Shown here one piece after another: positions 18,106 through 20,000 of a DNA stretch of 20,000 bases. Position numbers and translations under genes: made by a program. The notes below the pieces were generated by a model, which searched no databases, was not told the DNA's origin, and saw only the letters and a program-made list of their open reading frames with translations. How positions within the stretch are numbered: position 1 is the stretch's first letter; each line of letters opens with the position of its first letter. Origin of the DNA: Mayamaea pseudoterrestris (taxonomy: Eukaryota); assembly GCA_027923505.1 (NCBI GenBank), contig BROI01000025.1, forward strand, positions 420,260 through 440,259, written 5' to 3'.

Positions 18106-20000
18106 CAGCCACCACCCAACACAACCCAACCCCGGTCATTTTCCTGGAGGGTTTGAGGGTGTACCATTGAATGGATTGCACATCTAACATCCTTTGTGCT
18201 TGCCTAATAACCGCAGAGACTCATATTGAAGCTGGCTGGCCCATGGGCATGGCTATTGAGAGTAAACACTGAAACCTATGTGGTCCACCAGCCACCAGCC
18301 ACCATCCACTTCAACCCAACCCCGGTCATTTTCCTGGAGGGATTGGAGGTACACCATTCAATGGATTGCACATCCTACATCCTTCATGCATACCTAATAG
18401 CCGCAGAGACTCATATTGAAGCTGGCTGGCCCATGGGCATGGCTATTGAGTGTAAACACTGAAACCTATGTGGTCCACCAGCCACCCTCCAACTTAACCC
18501 AACCCCGGTCAATTCCCTTGAGGGTTTGAGGCTGTACCATTGAATGGATTGCACATCCTACATCCTCTATGAATGCCTAATAACTGCAGAGACTCATATT
18601 GAAGCTGGCTGGCCCATGGGCATGGCTATTGAGTGTAAACACTGAAACCTATGTGGTCCACCAGCCACCATCCAACTCAACCCAACCCCGGTCATTTTCC
18701 TGGAGGGTTTAAAGGTACACCATTGAATGGATTGCCTATCCTACATCCTTTATGCATGCCTAATAACCGCAGAGACTCAAATTGAAGCTGGCTGGCCCAT
18801 GGGCATGGCTATTGAGTGTAAACACTGAAACCTATGTGGTCCACCAGCCACCATAAACTCAACCCAACCCCAGTCAATTCCCTTGAGGGTTTGAGGCTGT
18901 ACCATTGAATGGATTGCACATCCTACATCCTTTATGCATGCCTAATAACCGCAGAGACTCATATTGAAGCTGGCTGGCCCATGGGCATGGCTATTGAGTG
19001 TAAACACTGAAACCTATGTGGTCCACCAGCCACCATCCAACTCAACCCAACCCCGGTCATTTTCCTGGAGGGTTTAAAGGTACACCATTGAATGGATTGC
19101 CTATCCTACATCCTTTATGCATGCCTAATAACCGCAGAGACTCATATTGAAGCTGGCTGGCCCATGGGCATGGCTATTGAGTGTAAACACTGAAACCTAT
19201 GTGGTCCACCAGCCACCATCCAACTCAACCCAACCCCGGTCATTTTCCTGGAGGGTTTAAAGGTACACCATTGAATGGATTGCACATCCTACATCCGTTA
19301 TATATGCCTAATAACCGCAGAGACTCATATTGAAGCTGGCTGGCCCATGGGCATGGCTATTGAGTGTAAACACTGAAACCTATGTGGTCCACCAGCCACC
19401 ATCCAACTTAACCCAACCCCGGTCAATTCCCTGTAGGGTTTGAGGGTGCACCATTGAATGGATTGCACATCCTACATCCTTTATGAATGCCTAATAACCG
19501 CAGAGACTCATATTGAAGCTGGCTGGCCCATGGGCATGGCTATTGAGTGTAAACACTGAAACCTATGTGGTCCACCAGCCACCATCCAACTCAACCCAAC
19601 CCCGGTCATTTTCCTGGAGGGTTTAAAGGTACACCATTGAATGGATTGCACATCCTACATCCTTTTTGCATGCCTAATAACCGCAGAGACTCAAATTGAA
19701 GCTGGCTGGCCCATGGGCATGGCTATTGAGTGTAAACACTGAAACCTATGTGGTCCACCAGCCACCATAAACTCAACCCAACCCCAGTCATAATCCTGGA
19801 GGGTTTGAAGGTGTACCATTGAATGGATTGCACATCCTAGATCATTAATGCTCGCCTAATAACCGCAGAGACTCATATTGAAGCTGGCTGGCCCATGGGC
19901 ATGGCTATTGAGTGTAAACACTGAAACCTATGTGGTCCACCAGCCACCATAAACTCAACCCAACCCCAGTCAATTCCCTTGAGGGTTTGAGGCTGTACCA
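18106..20000. repeat. Satellite C main array: 183-bp unit, >10 copies, runs off the window end
   Basis: GCTGGCTGGCCCATGGG at 18231, 18421, 18604, 18787, 18969, 19152, 19335, 19518, 19701 and 19883 (spacing 182-183; one 190 due to a 7-bp CAGCCAC duplication). Confidence 0.98.

Noticed and set aside
14781..20000. Satellites A and C as coding repeats (MDCT..I...CL.TA...W peptides; units divisible by 3)
   Set aside because: A/C mismatches are spread evenly over codon positions (about 12/13/13 by hand), and copies carry frameshifts and stops.

Overview
Eukaryotic, gene-dense DNA, probably from a diatom or other stramenopile (inferred from near-intronless genes, ~110-bp convergent spacers and a short GTACGT...CAG intron). 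Bases 1-14.2 kb hold six genes: UTP14, a CSRNP-type Cys-rich protein with an apparent SAP-like insert, UBA3 (with a first exon missing from the ORF track), a strictosidine-synthase-like/APMAP protein, a PPR protein and an SLC26/SulP transporter. A 42-bp minisatellite in this part may encode a basic repeat protein. From ~14.2 kb the sequence becomes CpG-poor and is a mosaic of three nucleosome-length satellites: A (174 bp), B (169 bp, both orientations) and C (183 bp). The most unusual feature is precise nesting. A whole-monomer B block sits exactly in phase inside a C monomer, and a 450-bp hairpin-dense unique element sits in phase inside B. B breakpoints cluster beside a palindrome whose arms covary. 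All measurements were made by eye; no searches were run.
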